From Devosia sp. (GTDB lineage Bacteria; Pseudomonadota; Alphaproteobacteria; Rhizobiales; Amorphaceae): 24,000 bases of DNA. A program made the translations under genes and the position numbers. The notes under the pieces are model-generated. The model saw only the letters and a program-made list of their open reading frames with translations. It searched no databases and was not told the origin of the DNA. Below, piece after piece: positions 8,114 through 15,995 of this stretch (positions within the stretch are counted from its first letter, which is position 1; each line of letters begins with the position of its first letter). Location of the stretch: NCBI GenBank assembly GCA_051016205.1, contig CP136534.1, positions 640,835-664,834 of the forward strand, written 5' to 3'.

Positions 8114-9602
8114 GCCAGGTACCTCCGCGTTTGAAGTCGACAATAGGAATGGATAGAACGATTTTTGTGCCCACGGTGCATCGGTTCCAATCGATCGTGC
8201 CGCCGCTGTCGCTAACGGCTCTACGCACCATCCAGAGCCCGAGCCCGCCGTGATGGCCGAGCGGCCTCTTCGCGTCTGTGTCCTTTAGGATAGCCGCAGC
8301 TGCGTCAGGGATGCCGGGACCGCTATCCTTGACGGCAATCACGAGAATTGAGTTCCCTTCGGATATGAATATGTCGACCTCGATTTGAGTGCCGGCAGGC
8401 GATGCTATAGCTGCATTCAGCACTAGGTTGAGGAGTACCTGTCTCATTGGGGATCGCGGCACTGCTATTGCACCTTCGAGTGCGATGCGCCACGTTGCTG
8501 TCAATGAGCGCCGTCTGATCTCGAGACTCGTTAGCGTCCTTACGTCATCGACATCGCTCGGTCCGAAACCTGGCTTACCCCGTTCCGGGCGGTATACGTG
8601 GAGCGTTGCCTTGACGATGTCGCGAATGTCAGCGAGCCCTCGATCGATTAGTCGAGCGCTCCGTTGCCGAACCGACTCGTTATGTCCGTGTCTTTTTATC
8701 GTATCGACGGCGTTGAAGAGACCGCCGAGCGGATTGTTGATCTCATGGGCCATCCCTGATGCAAGGCGACCAAGGTCGGCCAATCTCTCCTCCTCAGCAA
8801 GCTGTTTTTCTAGAAGTCGCCTATCCTTCTGGGCGCGCGCCAGTGCGTTGTAGTGGGTGAAGAGGCGATGGCCCTCAGTGCCAATAGCAGGCATCCTCGG
8901 CAGGGGGATTTCGCTCGGGCCGGTCTGCGCATCCACGGCAAGATGTCTTGTGAGGATCTGCATCGGCTCAAGAAGCTTGATCACGACCAAGAATCCCAGC
9001 GCCGCACAACCGAGCGTGAGAAGGCCATTTGTCAAAAGCAAGAGCACCGTCACCTGGTGCCGCTCGGCGATCAGCGCTTCCACATCTATCAGTGTGGAAA
9101 TCGTTCCCACGTTCCGGCCCTCTGACGTTAGTGTTCGCCTTAGGGTCGCAGTTCCGGCGGCCGCATCGATGTGCGCGCCGCCGTCCAGCTTAGCGGCGCG
9201 AAAACTTGAGGGGAGCTCTCCGAGGGTGGGCGCTGTCGCCGGATCGGTTGCCGCGATGATTTGCCCAGCACTGTTCGTTACAACGGCCTCAAGAGGGCGC
9301 ACAGCGCCATTAGTTTCCAGCGACCGCTCAAGTGTTTCGAAAGCCGCCCATATGTCTTCGCGGGCAACGTAGGGAGTGAGAGCGGGTGCGAGCCCAGCGA
9401 GGTATGCATTCGCCAGATCGTCGATTTGCTGCGATTGCGTTTGGATGAGGCGGGACATAACGCGTTCCGACACAGCCACGCCGACGAAGATCATAAGGAT
9501 TGCAACGACCAGCGGGACCTTAATCACGAGAGGAAGCTTGGCCGCCCATTGCATCGGCAATCGTATCCAGTAGGATACTCCTGGGGGACGTTGATGTTTC
9601 AT
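8100..9602 (-). CDS. aioS: sensor histidine kinase AioS
   Basis: Two N-terminal TM segments flank a periplasmic loop. Has an H-box (MAHEINNPLGG), N-box (LLNLVLNAAIAS) and G-boxes (DSGPGIP, GGLGLWMV). Its ATG overlaps the aioX stop as ATGA (9602-9599). Confidence 0.85.
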   Translation of the reverse strand: MKHQRPPGVSYWIRLPMQWAAKLPLVIKVPLVVAILMIFVGVAVSERVMSRLIQTQSQQIDDLANAYLAGLAPALTPYVAREDIWAAFETLERSLETNGAVRPLEAVVTNSAGQIIAATDPATAPTLGELPSSFRAAKLDGGAHIDAAAGTATLRRTLTSEGRNVGTISTLIDVEALIAERHQVTVLLLLTNGLLTLGCAALGFLVVIKLLEPMQILTRHLAVDAQTGPSEIPLPRMPAIGTEGHRLFTHYNALARAQKDRRLLEKQLAEEERLADLGRLASGMAHEINNPLGGLFNAVDTIKRHGHNESVRQRSARLIDRGLADIRDIVKATLHVYRPERGKPGFGPSDVDDVRTLTSLEIRRRSLTATWRIALEGAIAVPRSPMRQVLLNLVLNAAIASPAGTQIEVDIFISEGNSILVIAVKDSGPGIPDAAAAILKDTDAKRPLGHHGGLGLWMVRRAVSDSGGTIDWNRCTVGTKIVLSIPIVDFKRGGTWHEAA

Positions 9603-10495
9603 CCTAGGCCGGCCGTAAGCATTTTTTGCCGGATCGGCTCGTAAAGTGACGCATCTCTCCGATCAAAACCATCAAGATGCAGCATCGCAAGAACCACTTG
9701 GCCGAGCGCATCTTCTTTTAGGGCCAAAACCGCGGCTTCAACCGCGGCTGTTGCCGCGGGATCTGCGGGTTCCCGTGGTGCAGCAATCGGAGGAAAGCCA
9801 AGCCACTCCGATTTCCAGACCGCCTTTACTTGAGCCCCAAGAGAAGGGTCGACAGCCGCGAGAACGTCGGCGACATAGCCGTCGACCGAGCCAGACTGCG
9901 CAAGTCCCGTCGCGACCGCCCGAACGACGTTTTCGTGACCGTAGGTGAAAAAGGTACGGGAGAAGTGTTGGTCCGGCTGTCTCGAGACAGTGGCAAGGTG
10001 AGCACGCGTGACAAGGTATCCGGAGTTCGAGTCAGGATCGGAGTATGCATGAATGTCTCCGACAAGATCGACAACGTCATGAGCGGCGCGGTTCGCCTGC
10101 GTGATGATATAGGACTGGTAGAGCGGCCGACCCTGCCATATCGGCACAGCAAGCAGCTTTAGAGCGCTTCGAAACCGGACGAACGGGTACCCGCAGATCC
10201 ACGCCGCGTCGAGCTCACGTGCGACAAGAAGCGTAGTGACTTCTTGGTAGGTCCGGCGCGATACGAGCTCGATGGAACGCCCCGTTGCGCGCTCTAGGTA
10301 AGCACGCATCGCTGCCAAAACCTCGGCATCGGTCGCGAGGAAAACAGGCGTTAAGCCAAAACGAATTGGCCGGCTAGCGCGAAGGCGCCGGCCAGCGAAG
10401 GGTGCAGTGCCCAAGGCGAAAACCAGAGCTCGCCGTGTGGGTCCACAAGCTAGGGTCGATGCCTTCAATGGCACACGCGTTTGCCCCCAACTCAA
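9599..10495 (-). CDS. aioX: periplasmic PhnD-like binding protein AioX
   Basis: Type-2 periplasmic binding protein fold signature (IRFGLTPV...ELDAAWICGYPFV...SNSGYL). The N-terminus is signal-like (TRRALVFALGTAPFAG). It is the first gene of aioXSR, as in model clusters. The exact start is uncertain: TTG 10495 or GTG 10474. Confidence 0.8.
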   Translation of the reverse strand: MSWGQTRVPLKASTLACGPTRRALVFALGTAPFAGRRLRASRPIRFGLTPVFLATDAEVLAAMRAYLERATGRSIELVSRRTYQEVTTLLVARELDAAWICGYPFVRFRSALKLLAVPIWQGRPLYQSYIITQANRAAHDVVDLVGDIHAYSDPDSNSGYLVTRAHLATVSRQPDQHFSRTFFTYGHENVVRAVATGLAQSGSVDGYVADVLAAVDPSLGAQVKAVWKSEWLGFPPIAAPREPADPAATAAVEAAVLALKEDALGQVVLAMLHLDGFDRRDASLYEPIRQKMLTAGLG

Positions 10496-10636
10496 GTTTC
10501 ACGCTTCGTCCGGCGTGTTCGATGGAAATGTAGCAAAGGTTTTTCTCGGACGACAGGGCAACACACTTCACCACCGCACGCAGGACGGCCCCAGCTGAGT
10601 CGTTCCAGTCTAGGGTTGACACAAATCCGACAATCG

Positions 10637-10652
10637 TGGATTCATGAATCCA
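10637..10652. promoter_or_regulatory. perfect 16-bp palindrome TGGATTCATGAATCCA, candidate ArsR operator
   Basis: The sequence is self-complementary when read directly. It ends on the A of the arsR-arsC start codon and covers the putative -10. Confidence 0.45.
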
Positions 10653-11521
10653 TGAATATAAAGAACGAAAGCGAAGCACTTGCGGCGCTGGGCCATCCGG
10701 GCCGTCTCGCCGTGTTTCGGCTATTAGCTCGACGCATGCCACAAGGGGTCCGACCTAGTGAGATTGCCGGCGCGCTTCGCCTGAAGCCAAACACACTGTC
10801 TGTCTATGCAGGCATCCTGACGCGCGCTGGGCTTTTGAATACCTGGCGCGACGGTCGCTCTGTCTACTACGGCGTGAACTTGGACCGGTTCGGTGAGCTT
10901 GTAAGATATCTAGTCCACGATTGTTGTCACGGGCGGCCAGAACTCTGCCTTGATGACTCAGGGGACGAAGAAGTTACGGTCGCCGGGCGCTCCGGACCGT
11001 ATCATGTACTATTTGTCTGTACGGGAAACTCAGCCCGATCAATCTTTGCGGAAGCGTTGCTTGGCCGGATGGGACATGGCCAGTTTGTTGCCCATTCGGC
11101 GGGAACTAAACCCTACTCGCGCGTCAACCCCAAAGCCGCATTGGTCTTGCAATCGGTTGGCGACGATCCGGGTAAGTACTCACCGAAATCGGCCAATAAG
11201 TATCTCGACGATGGATCCGCCAGAATGGATTTCGTCGTCACGGTCTGTGACCGAGCGGCGAACGAAGATGCACCGCCCTGGCCGGGACGGCCAATGATTG
11301 CGCATTGGGGTGTATCCGACCCCGTCAGTGCTGGCAATGACAACCAATTAAAGCCCTTCGAGATCGCCTTCCGAGCACTCGAGCACAAGGTTAAGCGCTT
11401 CGCCAAGCTGCCGCTTGACACCATGCGACCGACCGAAATCCAAGCCGCTCTCGACGACATCGGCCAAAACCGAGACAAGCGCGGCCCTGCGCCACGTGGC
11501 GCCAGAAACCATCAAGTGTGA
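10652..11521 (+). CDS. arsRC: ArsR-family metalloregulator fused to an LMW-PTP-type arsenate reductase (ArsC) domain
   Basis: Starts at the internal ATG 10652 of track ORF 10481..11521. The N-terminal winged HTH (LGHPGRLAVFRLLA...SEIAGALRLKPNTLSVYAGILTRAGLL...GRSVYY) ends in DCCHGRPELC. It is followed by an LMW-PTP/ArsC domain: P-loop VLFVCTGNSARS, TVCD and HWGVSDP. Confidence 0.85.
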   Translation: MNIKNESEALAALGHPGRLAVFRLLARRMPQGVRPSEIAGALRLKPNTLSVYAGILTRAGLLNTWRDGRSVYYGVNLDRFGELVRYLVHDCCHGRPELCLDDSGDEEVTVAGRSGPYHVLFVCTGNSARSIFAEALLGRMGHGQFVAHSAGTKPYSRVNPKAALVLQSVGDDPGKYSPKSANKYLDDGSARMDFVVTVCDRAANEDAPPWPGRPMIAHWGVSDPVSAGNDNQLKPFEIAFRALEHKVKRFAKLPLDTMRPTEIQAALDDIGQNRDKRGPAPRGARNHQV

Positions 11522-12171
11522 ATGGCGGAGTAGCGATCTTGGCACGGCTAGCTGTCAACGGACTTGGCCAGATTGATAAACTTGTGCTTCGGCGTCTGAT
11601 CCGAACGAGCGGATGTCATGAGATTGCACTTTTGAACGCTCCCGCCGGCAACCCGGCTCAGCACACGACGCTTATAGAGTTTGATTCCGCCCATGGTCGC
11701 TGGCTGGAAGCGTTTGGCTTCGATCATGGAAGCCTCAGCGTTGACGTTACGCTATCGCCGTTTGTCCAGGTGAGACGGATCGAAGACCTCCCGCTCGCCA
11801 CCCATGGAATTGACATCGTGGTAGATTGCACTGGCGTCTTCACATCCACGGAAGAGGTCGAGCTTTCCTTTAGAGCTGGCGTACAAAAAGCCGTGATATC
11901 GGCGCCGATAAAAAATGGTGCGCTCTACCTCGTGATAGGCGTCAGTCAACATCTCGATAAAGTTGGTAAGCGCCGAAACATCACGGCTGCAATTTGCACA
12001 AAGAGCTGCGGCGCCTCAGTCGTCAGAGTCCTTCACGAAGCGATTGGGATCAAGTGCGACTCAATCACTACAATCCACGACTTCAGAAACACACAAACAA
12101 TCGTTGATCACCCTGCAAGAAACAATGACTGGGAGGTCTCGCCGTGTCGAAATGGCGTGTCTATTCTGTAG
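11518..12171 (+). pseudogene. truncated, degenerate glyceraldehyde-3-phosphate dehydrogenase-like gene
   Basis: 217 codons, collinear with about the first 200 residues of GAPDH (VNGLGQIDKLVLRRL..., IDIVVDCTGVF, AICTKSCGASVV = SCTTNC region, ITTIHDF..TQ..VD....DW). The NAD loop GRIGR is GQIDK. The whole C-terminal 40 percent is missing. The GTG start overlaps the arsRC stop as GTGA. Confidence 0.6.
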
Positions 12172-13181
12172 TTGCATTTACTCTAGGTGGTCTGGGAGCC
12201 GCTGTCGCCCAAGAACCTATTGATATCGTCGGATCATCGACTGTGTATCCCTACACCAAACTTGTAGCTGATGCTTTCGCCGAACAGGGCAAGCACCCGC
12301 CACCAACCATTCGCTCGACGGGCACAGGTGGCGGGATGGCTGTCTTCTGCGCAGGCATAGGACCCGATTACCCAGACATGACCGGGGCATCACGGCCCAT
12401 GAAGCATTCCGAGTGGGAGATATGCCGCGACAACGGCGTGTTCGACATAACCGAGATGATGATTGGATATGATGGACTCACTCTTGCCACACCTCGGACG
12501 ACAGATGACGATTTCATCCTAACCCTTCAGGATCTCTACACAGCACTCGCTAAAACCGTGCCCATCGACGGAGAGCTCAGACCAAATCCCCATACTACGT
12601 GGGCCGACGTTCGCTCCGAACTACCCGATATCCCTATTTCCGTTATTGGCCCGCCACCGACGTCAGGCACCCGGGATTCCTTCGAGGAGCTGGCGATGCA
12701 GGGGGGCTGCCGGATGTATCCGGTCTTGGCGGCCCTTGAAGATACTGACGGGGATGAGTGGACGCGTATCTGCTCAACGATTCGCACAGACGGTCCGTTT
12801 GTTGAGGGCGGTGAGGATGATGAAGAAATCGTACGGGTTCTCTCCGAAAAGCCCGGTACGTTAGGTATATTTGGCTACTCATACTACTATCAGAACACCT
12901 CGATACTAAAGCCTGTTTTGATCGAGGGTATTTCGCCAGATTTTCTATCGATCTCAACTCGAGAATACCCGCTTTCTCGCCCTTTATATCTATATATTAA
13001 AAATGAGAGCCGAGAGTTTACTCCTGGAATTGTAGACTTTATAAATGAATTTTTGTACGGAGCCTCGCCAGGGGGATATTTGTTTGTGTCAGGTCTTGTG
13101 CCTGTTCTTGACGATGTTGAGCGGGAAACAATCGCCGCCTACGCAATTGACGGGGAAGAAATGCTACCGCCCGCAGACTGA
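12144..13181 (+). CDS. pstS: PstS-family (PBP-like 2) phosphate/oxyanion-binding protein, paralog 2
   Basis: GTG 12144 lies 7 nt after GGGAGG. Has a signal peptide (VVAFTLGGLGAAVAQE). Oxyanion-site motifs GSSTVYPYT, STGTGGGM, TGASR and PPTSGTRDSF are present. Collinear with the pstS at 15996..17042. Confidence 0.85.
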   Translation: MSKWRVYSVVAFTLGGLGAAVAQEPIDIVGSSTVYPYTKLVADAFAEQGKHPPPTIRSTGTGGGMAVFCAGIGPDYPDMTGASRPMKHSEWEICRDNGVFDITEMMIGYDGLTLATPRTTDDDFILTLQDLYTALAKTVPIDGELRPNPHTTWADVRSELPDIPISVIGPPPTSGTRDSFEELAMQGGCRMYPVLAALEDTDGDEWTRICSTIRTDGPFVEGGEDDEEIVRVLSEKPGTLGIFGYSYYYQNTSILKPVLIEGISPDFLSISTREYPLSRPLYLYIKNESREFTPGIVDFINEFLYGASPGGYLFVSGLVPVLDDVERETIAAYAIDGEEMLPPAD

Positions 13182-13255
13182 GGCATCTTTCCGAATATAA
13201 GATTTGATTCGCCAAGGATCGGCTCATTTGATGATCCTCGATCCCACATTTCCTA

Positions 13256-14545
13256 TCACCAATTTCGCTGAAGTCGTGCTCTCAAGAAGACCGCAATTGC
13301 ATTCATAGTTATGAGGAAGCCGAGCAAAACCAGGATGCCTGCCGACGTCCGTGAAACAAACCCGCGCTCGGGACTGTCCGCCCAAATGTATATCTGCGTA
13401 GGCAGCGCCGTGGCTGGATCCGCAATCCCTCCTGGGGGGCTCGTTAGAAATGCGTTCATCCCGATCAGAAGGAGGGGCGCCGTTTCCCCGAGGGCCTGTG
13501 CGAGGCCAATGATGGTGCCGGTTAGAATGCCGGGTAGCGCGAGGGGGAGGACGTGATGCACAATCATCTCATGTTTGGACGCGCCCATCCCAAGGGCCGC
13601 TTCGCGAATGGAAGGGGGTACTGACCGGAGCGCCGATCGCGTAGCGATGATTATGGTAGGCAACGTCATCAGTGCGAGCACCATACCACCAACCAGGGGC
13701 GCTGATCGTGGCAGCCCCAAGAAATTGAGAAAGACCGCAAGCCCCAACAAGCCGAATATGACCGACGGAACCGCGGCCAAGTTATTGATATTGACCTCTA
13801 CGATATCGGTCAGTCGGTTCTTCGGCGCAAACTCTTCAAGGTAAACAGCTGCTGCGACTCCCATCGGGAAACTCAAAAGGAAACAGACGAGGAGGGCGTA
13901 AAAGGATCCGACAATCGCGCCCCGCAGGCCAGCGAGCTCGGGAAAGCGGCTATCGGAATTGAGAAAAAGACCCCAGTTGAAGGGTGCGGAAACGAGACCC
14001 TGTTCCTTTAAGCGATCGAACATATGGATCTGAAAGTCATTGATCCGTCGCCGGTTTTCGGGTGTCTCTCGTAGAATGCGTCCTTTGTTGAACTGGTCGG
14101 CAATGTCCGCAGCAGGAATTTCAACTTCTATCGTTTGCCCGACGACGGACGGATCACTAAGAAGTTCATCTCGTAGAAGGAATGGAGCGGGCTGCGTGTA
14201 GAGCTGCCTAAATTGCCTAAACTCTGCGTTACTGAGATCCGAAAATTCTCTTCTGAGGCTATCATCGAATACAGATCGCCAGTCGCTTGCGAAGAAGTTC
14301 TCTGAGTTGACCTCCGCCGGATCAACGTATATTTGTGCCCGTATTTCGGTCTGAAGGAATGCAGGATAACCTGTGGCAACTAATGATACAATCAAGGTTG
14401 CCAACATGCCGAAGGCAACGATAATACTACCGATCCCAAAGATGCGTAGGTAGAGGTCAAGCCGACTGCGCCTCTTTCTTAGCTGCTTGACATGATCGGA
14501 ATCCCAAGCCACCGACCCCGCCCGTGGTGCGGCGATATCACTCAT
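13256..14545 (-). CDS. pstA: phosphate ABC transporter permease PstA
   Basis: The ATG at 14545 overlaps the pstC stop by 8 nt (ATGAGTGA). Multi-TM permease with the EAA-type loop (ALRSVPPSIREAALGMGAS). Long alphaproteobacterial-type form. Confidence 0.9.
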   Translation of the reverse strand: MSDIAAPRAGSVAWDSDHVKQLRKRRSRLDLYLRIFGIGSIIVAFGMLATLIVSLVATGYPAFLQTEIRAQIYVDPAEVNSENFFASDWRSVFDDSLRREFSDLSNAEFRQFRQLYTQPAPFLLRDELLSDPSVVGQTIEVEIPAADIADQFNKGRILRETPENRRRINDFQIHMFDRLKEQGLVSAPFNWGLFLNSDSRFPELAGLRGAIVGSFYALLVCFLLSFPMGVAAAVYLEEFAPKNRLTDIVEVNINNLAAVPSVIFGLLGLAVFLNFLGLPRSAPLVGGMVLALMTLPTIIIATRSALRSVPPSIREAALGMGASKHEMIVHHVLPLALPGILTGTIIGLAQALGETAPLLLIGMNAFLTSPPGGIADPATALPTQIYIWADSPERGFVSRTSAGILVLLGFLITMNAIAVFLRARLQRNW

Positions 14546-15917
14546 ATTGTTCCCGCCAGCGTTTGACGATCGAAATCGCTGCAATGTTGATGCCAAACGT
14601 CAAAATGAACAGTGTGAGCCCCAACGCAAAAGCAGCCAGAGTCTTCGGTGAGTCAAACGCCGTGTCTCCAATGAGGAGCGTGACAATCTGTACTGTTACA
14701 GTCGTGACGCTGTCTATGGGGTTGAGGGTAAGCGTTGCGAATATACCGGCCGCCATCACGACAATCATCGTCTCACCGATTGCGCGGCTCACCCCCAGCA
14801 GAATGCCACCCATAATCCCTGGTAACGCCGCCGGCACGAGAACCTTGAGCATTGTCTCTCCGCGAGTCGCCCCAAGTGCAAGTGAGCCATCGCGCAGCGA
14901 CCTTGGGATCGCGGAAATAGCATCGTCGGAGAGTGATGAAATGAACGGGATGATCATGATACCCATTACCGCTCCGGCAGCAAGTGCACTGTTTGGCGAT
15001 ACCGCAAGACCTAGAATCTGGCCAAACTCCCGGAGCGCGGGCGCGACCGTGAGGACGGCAAAGAAGCCGTAAACGACCGTCGGAACACCCGCCAATATTT
15101 CCATGATTGGCTTGACGACCGAGCGGGTGGACGGCGTCGCAAACTCGACCAGGTAGATGGCTGTGAAGAGGCCAATCGGCGTCGCTACCAGCATTGCGAT
15201 TGCCGCGATAAGGACTGTCCCGATGAAAACAGGAGCAATTCCAAACGCCCCCGATGCGGCGACTTGATCTTCACGTAGCGGAATCTGGGGCTCCCAGTTG
15301 AGGCCAAATAAGAATTCTTGAATAGGGACCATCCCGAAAAAGCGGACGGCCTCGTATACGAGCGACGCAAGAATCCCGAGAGTCGTCATGATCGCCGCGG
15401 CAGCGCACAAAAACATGAGTGCCGATATCACCCGCTCGAAGCGGTTACGGGCCCGAAAATCCGGACCGAGCTGAGAACGCGCAACGACCAGCGCGATCAG
15501 CATGACGCTGATCGCGACAACAAGCATCGCCCAGTTCGCAATGTGAGTCCAACGCACGAGTGTTTCCGCCGCAATGAGAATCTCACGCGATGGCGCGCCG
15601 AAAGTCCGTCCTTCTGCCGCGTTTGCTATTTGTTGCGAAATCAGCGCTGCCTGCGCAGGCGTCTTTCCCTCCAGTGCGCTTGCCGGAAGTGTTTCGAGAA
15701 CGAGGCCTGCAATGACGTTGTCTTCGAGCAACAGCCAAAGTATCACTAGAACGAGAGTGGGCACGCCGACCCAGACTGCAACGAAAGCTCCGTGATAGAT
15801 GGGCCGCGAATGGATCCGGTCGGTCGAAGCGGCTGCCAACGCGAGCCCCTTGGATCGACCGATTAAGTAAGACGTCGCAACAAAGATCGCGATTAGCAAA
15901 AACGCGTAGCCCGCCAT
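14538..15917 (-). CDS. pstC: phosphate ABC transporter permease PstC
   Basis: 459-aa multi-TM protein with the permease loop SAIPRSLRDGSLALGATR. Lies between pstS and pstA. Confidence 0.9.
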   Translation of the reverse strand: MAGYAFLLIAIFVATSYLIGRSKGLALAAASTDRIHSRPIYHGAFVAVWVGVPTLVLVILWLLLEDNVIAGLVLETLPASALEGKTPAQAALISQQIANAAEGRTFGAPSREILIAAETLVRWTHIANWAMLVVAISVMLIALVVARSQLGPDFRARNRFERVISALMFLCAAAAIMTTLGILASLVYEAVRFFGMVPIQEFLFGLNWEPQIPLREDQVAASGAFGIAPVFIGTVLIAAIAMLVATPIGLFTAIYLVEFATPSTRSVVKPIMEILAGVPTVVYGFFAVLTVAPALREFGQILGLAVSPNSALAAGAVMGIMIIPFISSLSDDAISAIPRSLRDGSLALGATRGETMLKVLVPAALPGIMGGILLGVSRAIGETMIVVMAAGIFATLTLNPIDSVTTVTVQIVTLLIGDTAFDSPKTLAAFALGLTLFILTFGINIAAISIVKRWREQYE

Positions 15918-15937
15918 ACAACCTCAGTAGTCGTAAC

Positions 15938-15967
15938 AAAAAAAGCGGCCAGTCAGAGACCGGCCGC
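15938..15967 (-). terminator. intrinsic terminator/attenuator between pstS and pstC
   Basis: Minus strand reads GCGGCC-ggtctctgact-GGCCGC followed by TTTTTTT. Confidence 0.55.
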
Positions 15968-15995
15968 AGTTTTTCCCGTAAAGTTATGCACCTTT

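Noticed and set aside
8114-8143. TTG start at 8143 for aioR
   Set aside because: The ATG at 8113 has a GGAGG SD at ideal spacing and gives a normal receiver-domain N-terminus. The extension would deepen the overlap with aioS.
10374-10742. 122-aa minus-strand ORF spanning the aioX/arsRC divergent spacer
   Set aside because: It overlaps the arsRC N-terminus in antisense and the aioX N-terminus out of frame. It has no SD and no motifs. The spacer is better explained as promoter/operator DNA.
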